Of a stretch of 64,000 nt of DNA, positions 10,201 through 21,800 are shown in pieces. The notes beneath the pieces were generated by a model. The model searched no databases. It was not told the DNA's origin and worked only from the letters and a program-made list of their open reading frames with translations. Made by a program: the position numbers and the translations under genes. Numbering within the stretch: the first letter of the stretch is position 1; the number at the start of each line of letters is the position of its first letter. Source of the DNA: a virus; the IMG/VR virus record IMGVR_UViG_3300009085_000002, positions 24,966 to 88,965 of that record. One strand, 5' to 3'.

Positions 10201-11394
10201 AATAATATTTCAGAAGTAGATACTGAGTATGGAGCAATAAATAAATTATTAACTTGGAAAGATAAATTATATTTTTTTCAAGATATTGGCTTTGGTATTC
10301 AAGCATTGAATGAAAGAGCTTTAATGAGAACTGAAACTGGAGAAGAATTAGTTATGGGTTCTGGAAATATAGTAGGAGATTATGGATATATATCTACTAA
10401 CTATGGAACTAAATTTATGAGATCTGTATTAGGTACAGAATCTTCTATATATTTTATAGATTCCTTATCAAAAGCTTTAGTATCTTATAATATGTCTCAA
10501 CAAATACCTATTAATAAAATTAAAGGATTAAACAGTTATTTTAATAATTATTTAAATGGGGATATTACTGTAGAAGATTACGGAAATTTAGATATAGATA
10601 TAAATTCTGGATTTGATAAAGAGAATAATAGAATATATTATACAATAAAAAATTCCTATACTATTACAGTACCTACAACAAGTAATTACTTCTTATTATA
10701 TACAGGATATGCTTATAAAATGGATCTAATAAAAGAGGGATCTATTTGGTATTATGGTACAACTCCTATAACTATAACATCAATAAATACAAGTTATTCT
10801 CCAGTAAGAATATATTTTACTGGAGCAACTATAACTAATGCTTATACTAAACTTACAATACCCTTACAATTTACTATTTCATATAATGAATTATTAAACA
10901 TATTTGAATCATTTCATGATTATTTACCTGATTTTTATGTAAGTGTACAGGATAAATTATTGCAGCACACTAGAAATGCAGTATCAGGTGGTGCATCTGG
11001 AACTAGATTAACTTCTGTACATAATGCAGGATTACCAAATAGAACTTCTTATATAACTATACTTAGTAATCAATATCCAGATTTAATTAAGACTTTTACT
11101 AATTTAGAATATGACTTATCTACAAAATATTTAGATAAAGATATATATGATAGTAATCTTTCTTCTATTCAAGTATATAATGATTATCAGAATACTAATG
11201 AAATAACTTTAACTAGTAATAATAGTAAAAGAAGAATGAGAACATGGAGATATACAATTCCTAGAAGTATAGCAATGACTACAGGTGATAGAACTGATGC
11301 CAGAATAAGAGATTATTATAGTAAGATAAAATTTAAATTCATAACTAATAAAATACAAAAACTTAGAAATGTGATAGTTAAGTTTTTACCATAA
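7246..11394 (+). CDS. tail stabilization (muzzle) protein
   Basis: 1382 aa, beta-rich; FSKGLNKD N-terminus, VYWTDFNNPLRSIN, GYQRDEIYRFGIVF and RIRDYY motifs typical of crAss-like stabilization proteins. Confidence 0.75.
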   Translation: MKHKIGFSKGLNKDISPDKYDSENYWDAMNIQIMSDTEHGGYAVSQELGLGTLFLFPTGHELLGWTTMRNYLICFTGKKSTADYLYIWLLEFEGSIDKIKKSSTPGDYITYMDTLSTSYHLKYSADLNINFSDSNELKIDCLAKYINSTYGKVYWTDFNNPLRSINILDPLVASTDSGLLDVIPDIELTNPKYNVTSTTSTEVLPGGIIPSGMVQYCYQLFNRTGVYSAISSMTALLQLTSVSHAVADPHDYIGDSLSTSSNKKISINITNTDSNYEYIRIIGIYYTDSTNIPSVKVVKEAINPKTGTLIVVDNGSNYLETLTIESLIGSSNLFTCKTLAVKDKRLCAGNIEETFFEVDYDTRTYRFEYITPSPRLYARIQNVDGTEAITSDPILYLGGAWNYDRAWFDTIMNGGESIPEEHDCFIGYNSLYDATANNTNNPLYFYKWMLYDNGDGTWTRRLGGMGKNIDYWFTIDPIIMLDNDVNSEEYLSSKGNYNYDSWYPNASRVSDAYDDWINYKCYTNSGCFRGYQRDEIYRFGIVFINGKGQRSYVSWIGDIKMPAIWEEDAIETITGIYTFPTAIWDNTYSELKGCTLSINFKLYNIPIDPITGVEYRYQIVRVIRNQSDQSIHSQGVCRTLQDVGTAMTEWYMDFPINATPAGQTYAKYFTSPEICFLGSNLNDLTSYYLDNQYTFYETGDTVYGVNNLQKMGEETSISSPIEAYVYKGRTWDRMYNTVTPGFEKPLTEATHKVETILDSFIADQEVDTLTESLSGPSGGYTILMNINEFDPTNMYGKVAFITTNMLQRHDDSISCVSNLKTININQYGGSTYIARQNNEYIICTGILNGENSRKQVFGGDIYICYFSWLMAVNRGLLGATYASNVQIVGLYPIETRYNLDMQHGDFWPYLKEVYLSGYAGSSYAPTTQTKDYYLYNSVYSREEDVIKYYAKPVLFEEQQHIDTQIKISDQAIGSELIDSWLSFQTNNISEVDTEYGAINKLLTWKDKLYFFQDIGFGIQALNERALMRTETGEELVMGSGNIVGDYGYISTNYGTKFMRSVLGTESSIYFIDSLSKALVSYNMSQQIPINKIKGLNSYFNNYLNGDITVEDYGNLDIDINSGFDKENNRIYYTIKNSYTITVPTTSNYFLLYTGYAYKMDLIKEGSIWYYGTTPITITSINTSYSPVRIYFTGATITNAYTKLTIPLQFTISYNELLNIFESFHDYLPDFYVSVQDKLLQHTRNAVSGGASGTRLTSVHNAGLPNRTSYITILSNQYPDLIKTFTNLEYDLSTKYLDKDIYDSNLSSIQVYNDYQNTNEITLTSNNSKRRMRTWRYTIPRSIAMTTGDRTDARIRDYYSKIKFKFITNKIQKLRNVIVKFLP

Positions 11395-11424
11395 TATATA
11401 TATTTAATATTAATATAAAATAAA

Positions 11425-11456
11425 TTTGATTTTACTTAAAATAAGTATTAATTTTG
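11425..11456 (+). promoter_or_regulatory. Bacteroidota sigma-A-type promoter upstream of cargo genes
   Basis: TTTG (11425-28), 20-nt spacer, TAATTTTG (11449-56) matches the -33 TTTG / -7 TAnnTTTG consensus in the intergenic gap. Confidence 0.55.
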
Positions 11457-11475
11457 TTAAATAAGGAATTTAAAT

Positions 11476-13587
11476 ATGTCTTATAATAATAAAAAAAATA
11501 AGAAACTATCTTTTGCTGATTTAGCAAAGAAAATAGATAAAAAGTATTCTAAAGCTTCTAAATATGATAAAGTAGCACAGGAGTCCAAAGAATCAGAATT
11601 AGAAACCCTAAGATTACAACAAGAGGGTATTAAAAATAATCTTCCTCAGTATGGTGGAGGTGGTGCATTACAAGGGGGTGTCACTGGATTATCTACAGGT
11701 GCTCAAATAGGTACTATGATAATGCCAGGTTGGGGTACTGCTATAGGGGGAGGTTTAGGACTAATTGGTGGTGCTTTAATGGGTAGTAAAGCAGAAGATA
11801 AGGCTAAAAAAGAAGAAGAAAAAAGATATCAAGATCAATTAGAAATGCAAAGAATTGCTTTACAGATGCAATCAAAAGCAATGCAACCTATGCAATATGC
11901 TAATATGGGAATGTCTAATAAACCAGTAGTTTCTTTTGCTTATGGAGGAGATTTAGCCAAAACAATGCAAACAGGATTAATGCAGTATAATGGACCTTTA
12001 CATGGTAATAATCCTAATGGTGGTATTCCTATTGATAAAAATGGAGTTCCTACAAATATAAGTAATAATCAACCAATAGCTTCTACTGAAGGTGGAGAAC
12101 TTGCTTATAAGGGATATATTTATTCTAATAAATTAGGACCAGAAGGAGAAATAATTAATAAAAAAACTATATCAAAAACTACTACTCCTATAGAATCTAT
12201 ACAAAAAGTTCCTTATAAAACTATAGAACAATTACCTTATGAAATAAAAGAAAGAATACAAGGCAGACAACAAACTAATATTAATAAAACTGAATCTACT
12301 AAAACTTATTCAGTAAGTCCTAATTTTAGACCAATTACTTCTGAAACATTTAGACAGCATAATAAAAAAAATTCTATATTTTCAGATGATGAGTTAAAAA
12401 ATATATATAGTAAAGATCCTAAAGAAGCTGCTGAATTAGCAAACAAAAGAATAAAAGAAACTTATGGTACATTAGAAGATAATTATTTACCTTACAAGTT
12501 TGAAGCAAAAGATGGTAAGTTAAATATTAGAAATAATAGAGCTATAGTTACATTTAATAAATCTGAATATAGTGAATCTGGAAAGAAGAAACCTAAATCC
12601 ATAGGAGATACTTATGAATTATATGATTATGATAAACCAGTTAAAGATCAATTGGGAGATATTCAAAAAAGGTTTATATTAACAGGAGAACAACCTAAGA
12701 TGCAATATGGGGGAGAATTAGGAGATATATCTGGTTTAGGTTCTTTATTAGGAGATACTAGTACTGGATTAGGAAATTTAGGTACAGGACAAATTATGGA
12801 CACAAGTTCTGAATTAGGTAGTGTGTCAAACTTAAGTTCAATACTAGGAGGAGAATCTGGAGGAGGATTTATGCAAGGATTAGGTAATGTAGGATCTTTT
12901 CTTAATAAAAATCAGGGATTATTAAGTGGATTATCTGGGTTAGCTTCTGAAATAGGAGTTAATAAAAGAGATATTAGAAATGCAATTCCAGCACCAGTTA
13001 ATTATCAAAGAGTTACTCCTTATATGGTTAATTATAATCAAGAAAGACAAGATATAGGTCAAACTTTTGATATTGCTGAGAATCAAGCTAGAAAAAATGC
13101 TATAAATTCTTCTAGAACTAGAGGAGAATTAATGACAAGTATGGCTGCTGCAAATGCTGGTTTAGCAAGACAAAGAGGTAGTGCTATAGGACAATCTTAT
13201 CAGAATGAACAAGTACAAAATGTTAATAGTTTAACTCAAGCTAATAGAGTAAATTCTATGATTCAAATGGAAGAAGCAAATACTAGACAACAAGAACTAG
13301 ATGCTGCTGAAGCTAAAAAATCACAAGCATATCATAACATATCTCAGTCTTATCAAGGATTTTTAAGAGATCAGTCTGCTGAAAGAAGTCAAGATGAAGC
13401 AATGAAATATCTAGGATTAGGTAGTCCTTCTTTAGGACAAATAGAAGTAAGCGGATCTAAATATCCTTCAGTTAATGTAGGAAATGGATTATCTTATGCA
13501 AATGTAAATGGAGAAAAGATGTATTTCTATAATAATAATCCTATAACTCAAGAACAATATAAGAGTATATTAATGGGAGGTTCCTAA
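11476..13587 (+). CDS. virion cargo (ejected) protein
   Basis: 703 aa; Gly-rich hydrophobic segment (GWGTAIGGGLGLIGG), GPLH..GGIP..EGGE motif, Q/A-rich helical C-terminus; follows the muzzle gene as in crAss-like phages. Confidence 0.6.
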   Translation: MSYNNKKNKKLSFADLAKKIDKKYSKASKYDKVAQESKESELETLRLQQEGIKNNLPQYGGGGALQGGVTGLSTGAQIGTMIMPGWGTAIGGGLGLIGGALMGSKAEDKAKKEEEKRYQDQLEMQRIALQMQSKAMQPMQYANMGMSNKPVVSFAYGGDLAKTMQTGLMQYNGPLHGNNPNGGIPIDKNGVPTNISNNQPIASTEGGELAYKGYIYSNKLGPEGEIINKKTISKTTTPIESIQKVPYKTIEQLPYEIKERIQGRQQTNINKTESTKTYSVSPNFRPITSETFRQHNKKNSIFSDDELKNIYSKDPKEAAELANKRIKETYGTLEDNYLPYKFEAKDGKLNIRNNRAIVTFNKSEYSESGKKKPKSIGDTYELYDYDKPVKDQLGDIQKRFILTGEQPKMQYGGELGDISGLGSLLGDTSTGLGNLGTGQIMDTSSELGSVSNLSSILGGESGGGFMQGLGNVGSFLNKNQGLLSGLSGLASEIGVNKRDIRNAIPAPVNYQRVTPYMVNYNQERQDIGQTFDIAENQARKNAINSSRTRGELMTSMAAANAGLARQRGSAIGQSYQNEQVQNVNSLTQANRVNSMIQMEEANTRQQELDAAEAKKSQAYHNISQSYQGFLRDQSAERSQDEAMKYLGLGSPSLGQIEVSGSKYPSVNVGNGLSYANVNGEKMYFYNNNPITQEQYKSILMGGS

Positions 13588-15896
13588 TGCCAAGATATAA
13601 CTATACACCAAGTAATCTACAACCAGGTTATGTATCTCAATTTGTACCTATAGATTACCAATTTATTACTGGAGAAATTGATAAGAGGCAACAAAGAATA
13701 GATACTGCTACTCTTAATAAAGGAAAAGCTGTAGAAGATTTAAATAAAGATTTTGCAGTTACTCCAGAAGATCAGGAATATCTTGATAATATGAGAGAAG
13801 GCATAAAAAATGATTTTAAAGATATTATAAATAAATATGATGGGGATTTAAGTACAGCTTCCAATGATTTAGTTACTTATATAGGAAATATGAGGAGTGA
13901 TCCATTTTGGCAATCAAATGAAATAAATAAGTTAAAATGGGATGAGTATGAAAAGAAAAGAATGGAGTTTGGGGATCAAGCAGTACAATTTATGAAACCA
14001 TCTTCAGTAACTAAATTTGATGAAAATGGTACTTTTAGGGGTATTAAAACTCCACAAGAATTACAATATGAAATAGAAAAAAAGACAGATTCAGAACAAA
14101 TAGCTACAGATATATATAAAAATTTGCAAGCAGATAGTAAATTTAAAGGTATAGATTATATAGGGTATTGGGCTAAGTTCAATGATATAAAAGAGATTAC
14201 AGATCAGAAAATTAAAGATGTAGCACATAACAGTATTAATGCATTTAAGGAAGCAGACCCTCAGTTTCTTAGAAGAATATTATTAAATAATGGTATGTAT
14301 AATGCATCTGGAATTACTCCAGAACAAGCAGAACAATTACTTAATAAAAAAGCTAGAGAAGAAGGGGTGATATATAATGGTAAATTATATAAAGGAGATA
14401 ATCAAGTAGATAATATTATTTATAATTTTTTAATTGCATCTAATGCAGATAGACCTTATGAACAAGAGGATTATAAAGTATTAGAAAATCCTTATGCTGT
14501 AGAAAAGTTAAGAGCACAATTTACTCCTCAACCTAGGCAGTATCCTGGAGAATCTGGCTATTTACAACAAGTAGACCCAATACAGGAAGTTAAAGATGCT
14601 TTAGTAAAGAATAAAGAACTTACTTTAACTGATTTAGGTGCAGTAGGAAGAATAATAGAAAACACTAATATAGAAAAAGACCCTAATGCACAAAATACAT
14701 GGTTTGAAAGACTTGCGTGGAATTTAGTTCCTTCTAATATTAAAAAAGCTGGAGCAGTTCTTAAAGAAGTTAAAAATAAGCAAGTATCTACTATAATGAA
14801 TTCTAAAGGAATAACAGGAGATCCTAATGATTATCTTATAAAAAAAGATATAGATGGTAATCCTACTTTAGTAAGAGCAACTCAATTTCAGAAAGTTCCT
14901 TATACTGTAACTGGAGGAGAAATGTCTCAGGAAACTCTTAAATTTTTAAAGAATAGATACGCAGGTACTTTGTATAATGCGGGGTTAGTTCTAAGCCAAG
15001 ATCCTTCTGGTAATTTAGATATAAAATCTAAGGAAGGTAAGCCTCTTAATTTCGATGAGTATACTAAAGTAAATCAGTTTGTTGCAGATAGGATTAATGA
15101 TAATTATACATTATATAATCCTACTTGGGAAAATCCTATAGTTGTAGATGCAAAAGGAAAAGAATCTACTTATGGACAATCTAGAGAAGATGATTTGGGT
15201 CTTACAGAATTTAATAAGAATATTTATGGAGAGAAAGATAAAGATAAAATAATATCTTCAGCTGCAAGTAATTTAAATATAGATTTAGATAATAAAAACT
15301 TTTTCTATGTGGGAGGTAACTCAGATTATGAGGGGCAATATTTAGAAAATGCTTCTTTTAGTGATATTATTAAGAATAATAAGTTACCTTTAATAGGATT
15401 TAATGTAATTGGTAATTCTAATGATTTACCTGGAGTTGGACCAATGGATATAATTGAAATAAGAATGGGTGCGCCTGGAGGTAAAGAAATTAAAACTATT
15501 AAAACTGCCAGACCTAGATCAGATGCTTCTATATTAGATTATTTAGATGCTGGACAAAAACAAATACAGTATGGGTATGAACATAATAATGAAATAGTTA
15601 TACCACTAGATAAAACTGCTCAAACAGATATTTTAAATTCAAGAGAATTAGGAGAAACTACTGAGTTCGCACAAAATCCTAAAGGAAAGTTTGTTAAAAT
15701 TGTACCAGTTACTAGAGGTAATAATAGTATTGGATTTGAAGTAATATATCCTAGTACTGGAGGAATAATGAAAAGTATGAATAATCCTACAAATGATCCA
15801 AATTTACCTAATTCTGCCTATTATCCTAGTGTAGAAGAAGCTTATAATGGTTTCTATTCTAGTTATATTGATATGTTAAGTAAACCTAAGAAATAA
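13587..15896 (+). CDS. virion cargo protein
   Basis: 769 aa, YVSQFVP N-terminal motif, translationally coupled (TAATG) to both neighbours, upstream of the vRNAP. Confidence 0.55.
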   Translation: MPRYNYTPSNLQPGYVSQFVPIDYQFITGEIDKRQQRIDTATLNKGKAVEDLNKDFAVTPEDQEYLDNMREGIKNDFKDIINKYDGDLSTASNDLVTYIGNMRSDPFWQSNEINKLKWDEYEKKRMEFGDQAVQFMKPSSVTKFDENGTFRGIKTPQELQYEIEKKTDSEQIATDIYKNLQADSKFKGIDYIGYWAKFNDIKEITDQKIKDVAHNSINAFKEADPQFLRRILLNNGMYNASGITPEQAEQLLNKKAREEGVIYNGKLYKGDNQVDNIIYNFLIASNADRPYEQEDYKVLENPYAVEKLRAQFTPQPRQYPGESGYLQQVDPIQEVKDALVKNKELTLTDLGAVGRIIENTNIEKDPNAQNTWFERLAWNLVPSNIKKAGAVLKEVKNKQVSTIMNSKGITGDPNDYLIKKDIDGNPTLVRATQFQKVPYTVTGGEMSQETLKFLKNRYAGTLYNAGLVLSQDPSGNLDIKSKEGKPLNFDEYTKVNQFVADRINDNYTLYNPTWENPIVVDAKGKESTYGQSREDDLGLTEFNKNIYGEKDKDKIISSAASNLNIDLDNKNFFYVGGNSDYEGQYLENASFSDIIKNNKLPLIGFNVIGNSNDLPGVGPMDIIEIRMGAPGGKEIKTIKTARPRSDASILDYLDAGQKQIQYGYEHNNEIVIPLDKTAQTDILNSRELGETTEFAQNPKGKFVKIVPVTRGNNSIGFEVIYPSTGGIMKSMNNPTNDPNLPNSAYYPSVEEAYNGFYSSYIDMLSKPKK

Positions 15897-18800
15897 TGCC
15901 AGATCCAAAACTTGATATAAGAGCTTTAGAAGAATTAAATAACTCAACCCAATCTAATGATATTAGACAAAAAGAGTTTGGAGATGAGGATTTAAAAAAA
16001 AAGAATCTTCCTAAATTATCTCAGGAAGATTTTGAATATTTAGCTAATACTCAAACTGAATTAGAGCCTCATAAAGCTATAAGTAGACCTTTCTTAACAT
16101 CTAAATATGATGAACCCCTTCAACCTGGAGAAAGTATTAAAGATAATAGTTGGATAGAAAAGCATAGAGCTAATAATCAACCTTGGCATCATGAAGCTAC
16201 AAATGCTATTGCAGGAGGTATTACTAAAGGAGTTTTTGGGGCAATAGAAAATATGGGGTATCTTCTAGATTTTACTACACAATTAGGTTATAATAATATT
16301 TTAGATAAAGCAGAGTCTAATGCAGTATCAGATGCATTTAGGCAAGCTAGATTAAAAGTAGATGAAGTATTACCTATATATAAAGATAATCCTGATACAT
16401 TTTTAGATGGCTGGAGAGCAACATCAGACATACTTCAGAATGTTACTGAGTTTGCTATACCTGGAGGTATTATAGCTAAAGGTATAGGTAAAGGAGTTTC
16501 TTTATTAGGAAAATTAGGTAGATATGGTAATTTATTAGCAAATAGTGAAACTGCTACAGAAATATTAAGTACTGTTCCTACAGCATATTTAACTAATAGG
16601 ATGGAATCTGCTAGAATGGCTGTAGAAGATTTTGAACAAAATATGCAAATGCTAAGTCCCTATATTAAAGCAGGACAAATATCTTCTGAGAAAGCTGCAC
16701 AAATAGCTCAAGATGAGGCTAATAAGATTTATATGAGAAATCTACCTATGATGTGGACTGATATATTAGCATTAAAAGGTATAATAAAAGGTTCTAAGTT
16801 AACTAGGGGTGCATATAATAAAACTCAAAAACAATTAAATAGAAGTCTATTTAATAAAGTTACAGAATTTACAGGACAAAATGCTTTAGAAGGTTTAGAG
16901 GAAACTTACCAAGGAATTGCTGAAAGAGAAGCAACTTATAATACTTTAAAGAGAGCAGGAATAGATCCTAAAGGAATATATAATGGAAATTTAGGAGAAA
17001 GAATTAGTAATTATTTAGGAGATAAATCTTTACAATACGAAGCTTTATTGGGATTTATGGCTGGAGGTATGCAAAGATTAGGTGCTCAAGTAGTTAGTGG
17101 TGGATTTTATAGTAATAAAGATAGAGATAGAGATCAACAATTACAGAATGATAGAGAAGAATTATTAACAAGTACTTCTTCTAATTTACAAGGAATGCTT
17201 CAATCTTTTATAAAAAAAGAAACTTCTAAACAAGAAGCTATAAATAAAGGATATTCTCATGAAGCAGAACTGTGGGATGATATAGATTATATAAATAATA
17301 TAACTGCACATTTATCTTATGGTACAGTAGATAAGCTAGAATCCGTGTTAGATGTTGTAGAACAAGATGGTATTAAATCCTTTGGAGAAGAATCTTCATT
17401 AACTCAAGAAGATGAGCCTCAGATTAAAACTGCTGCAAGAGAATTAAAAGATAAATTAAGGTTTGCTGAAAAGAAATGGTTAAAATATAGCAATCTACCT
17501 TTTAAATCTAGAGTTAGTACTGTAAATAATGAAATGATATATACTTCTCTGGAAAAAGTTGGAAAAGGATTAGACTCTAAAATATCTGAGATTAAAGATG
17601 ATATAAGAAAAGTTATTGAATCCTCTAATTTTAAGGAACATTTAGGAAATATAAAATTAGATGAACCTAGAAAAGCTTTCTTAGGTAATAAAGATCTTAA
17701 TGCACAATATACTAACTTTATTGAGCAGACAAGTAATGATAAAATAACTGAGTTAGAACAATTACAACAGGATAAAGCTGGAATAGAAAATTATAAAAGA
17801 AATTTAAGAACTAGTATATCAGAATCTACTACTCCTAAAGCTATAGCAAAAGCTAAAAGAGAGGAAATGAATGATATAGAAAAACAAAAGGAAAAAATAG
17901 TTGAAGAAACAAACAATCTTAAAAAAGAAAAAACAAGAGAAAATAGAAGTAAACAAGAGTATGATAATTTATCTTCTAGAGCTCCTAATGCAGATAATAT
18001 TTCTAAATTAGATAATATTGATAAGGAAATAAAATCTAATAAGTTTCTTAATAGTCGAGATAAAGAGGAATTATTCAAGAATATAAAAGCTCAAAGAGAC
18101 CATTTAGAAAAGATTAAAACTCAACCTAAAGTAGTTTCTACTGAAGAGGAGGTAACTAAACCTTCGGAATTTACAGAAGGATTTACTACTTTAGAAGATA
18201 TGGGTATAGAACCTCCAACAGGTACTAACAAAGTTAAAGATATACAAATAGGAAATCATATAGCTAAACTTAATTATGATAATACATATTCTTTCTTTAG
18301 AAAATCTAAAGAAGGTAAATTATCATTATTAAATAATCCTACAGTATCTACCATTAAGGAAGCTAAAATAGTATTAAGTGAATTAAATAAAGAATTAGAT
18401 ATAAAAGAATCCAATAATCAGGAAGAATTATCAGAATTATTATCTAAACAGGATAGAAATAGTGATCCTGATACTTATACTTCTGAAAGTAATAAATCTG
18501 TTAATTCTAATAACACCCAGTCAGAATTAAATGAAGGTTCTTTAAAACAACCTGGAAGTATTTTTGATACTAATAAAGATGATAAGAACTCTGGTTATTC
18601 TTCAATAACTCAAGCTTATAATACTATAGCGTGGTTAGGTAGAAAATATAGACAAGAAACTAGGGATAATAATACAGTTATAATTGATTTAGAAGATGAA
18701 TTAAATGAATCTTCTTTTAAACTATTAATGGATCCAGATAAATTCCTTCCTGGATCTAAAATTACTCTAGAAGTAGAAGATGATGATTCAGTTCCAATGT

Positions 18801-21800
18801 ATGATTTAAATCTAAGAGATTTTGAATCTATAACTACTTGGGGAGAATATAAGAAATCCTTAATGGAAAATAGAGTATTTGAAGATTTAACTAATGAAGA
18901 AAAAGACTTATATATATCTAATATCCCAGTAAGAATTATTGATGAATATAATAATAAATTAGGATATATACATAGAACTGAATGGAGTGATATAGATAGA
19001 ATTTCAGGAGATGTAGAATTAGATAGAAAAAATAATTTAGAACTAAGAAAATCTGTATATGAAAAGAGTTCATTAAATACAGAAATTACTTATAAATCCT
19101 ATGGTTCTTTAATGAGTGCAGTGGATAATAAAAAAGATTCTTTAAAGAATAGATTTAAAGATCCTAACTTAGTTATATCTGTATGGAATCATGAAACTCA
19201 ATCTTTACAATTGAGTAGAGATAAAAAATATAAAGGACATAAAGATGATATTTTAGTAAATACAACTTTAGTGTCTGGTATTCCTTATGTTATAGCAAAA
19301 ATTCAGAAGAATACTTATATGGGTATACCTGTAACTTCTTCTAAGATAAAAGATTATAACAAAGATTTATCTAATAGCCTATTAAAAGTAGTAGATATAT
19401 GGACAAAATCAAACAGTAAACAACCTTTAATTCCTATAGAACAATCATTAGTAGATCAAATAATGGATATGACTAATAATGATGTTAGAACTTTTAGAGG
19501 ATTTAGAGATTTTATAAAAATCTTTTTGAAAGATTATAATACTAAAGGAAAAGATCTAAAATCTTTTGATAGAAATGATTTAAAAGTATCTGATGCTGAT
19601 GGTATAATTCATTTTACTGGAAACAGTATAGAATTTTTTACAGGTGGCTTAGATAAAGTATTAGAAATAGGGACTAATACTCCTATTAATTCTATAAATA
19701 ATCTTAAACTTATTTTAAAAAACGTAGTAGATAATGCTTATATTAATGTCAATCTTGATTATATGGAAAATAATAATTTCTATGTTCCGTTTATTCAAGA
19801 AAATAAAGTTATAGACTTAAACAATGGTAAATCTTATAAAGATTTTTTAAAAGAAGTTTTGAATACCAATTTATTATCATTTAATATAGGAACTGAAGAG
19901 ACTCCAAATTTTATATATACTACTCAGCAAGTAATAACTTTTGATTCTAAGTTAAATCCTATATCTACCAGAGAAGAAAACAATACAATTACTACTCCTC
20001 AAAGTTTAATAACTAAAAATGTTAATATAGAAAATAAAACTAAAGAAGGATTTAATGAATTCTTTGGTAAATATACTGCAAGTTTAGATGATTTTATAGA
20101 TGAAATGCCTTTAGTAACTAAAGAAGAAGATATAGAAATAGATGATCCTTACATAATGAAAGGATTTAATTTCTATGAACAATCCTTAATTATTAATTCT
20201 AGTCTAGGAACTATATTAGATTTTGTAAAAGCTGCTGATGAACAAAATGCAGGTCTTAAAGTTAATAAAACTTTAGAGTCCTATAAGAAGTCTATAGAAA
20301 GTGTTAGAGATGATTATCAAGAGATTGGTAATAAAAAAATGACAGATTTCTATAATAAATGGTTAAACAATTATGATAAATTTTCTAATATTCTTAAACT
20401 AAAATTCCAAAGATTAAGGGATGTTCATAATAAAGGTTTAATTGGAGATATAGAAGAAATTCTAAATGAAGACTTTGAAGATACAACTACATTAGAAAAA
20501 TCTTTTAATGATGACTTTTATTTAACTTTGAATAAAGCAAATAAGACTACAGCAAGATTTAGATATTTCTTAACTGGAATTAAAAGATTAGATAAGAATG
20601 GTAATCCTCAATTATATGCACCTGGTTTATATAAGACTGTAAATTTTGATGAGGTATTTTCTACCTTACAAAGATTATTATCTAATATAAGATCAAATTA
20701 TAATACTATGTATAATGAATTACTTCAGTATAAAAATAGTATTGATTGGATGCCAGATTTCTTAAAAAAGTTAGATAAATCTTCAGAAAGAACTAAGAAA
20801 GAATTTGCTGTAACAATGGGATCATCATATATTAATATGAAATTTAGTATGTGGTCTCAGCAAGGTAAAGAAAATTATTTTCAAACCTGGGATGCAAATG
20901 CTAATAGTACATCTAAATTTCTACAACAACAATGGAAAGATAATATAGTAGATACTAATTTAATAATATTAGATCCTAAAAGCACAGAGTATAAATTAAA
21001 TGAAAGTATATCTAATAAGTTATTGGAAGATTTTAATAAGTTTAAAGAATCTTTAGTTACTATAGATAATAAAGATATAATAAACTGGTTATCTAATTTA
21101 GGTATTAATGTTTCAGATGGAGTAATAAAGCACATAAGAACTAATAATATAAGAATTCAAACTTCTGAGAGTAATAAAGTAGGAGTTAAATTAAGCTGGG
21201 ATCAACAATTTGAAACTAGTGGAATATTTGGTAATTTAAATGAGAAACTTAAAACTTTATTAAAGCAACAAAAAGATGGAGAAGAAATAAATTTTACAGA
21301 TCTATTTAATGGTAGACCTATAAATACTTTTGCTAGAATAATTGCATCTATAGAAGATATTATATCACCTAATTCTTTTGTTATAGCTAATAAAACATAC
21401 TATCCTTTTAGTTTAACTAAATTCTTAACAGATAGAACTAGAGATATATTAGAAGATAAGATGGTAATAAATGCATTATTAAATAATTCTTATTCTAAAG
21501 ATTCTTTATTACTTAATAGAATGGTATCTAGAGATAAGGGCGGTAATATAGAATTCTTAGATTCTAGTATTAGAAAAGTATTTGATATACAGTATACTTC
21601 TCCAGAAGCTTTAAGAAAGATAAGTGATAAAGAAGGTAGAAAAGATGAAATTAATGAGTTTACTCCACAGGAACTTGAAGCATTTCAAGCTAATCTATTC
21701 TTTGATACCAGATCAAAATTAAATAATGGAAAGGATAGAAAAGTAATAATTACATTACCCCCACTATCTGATAAACATAATTTAATGTTATTAGAAACAA

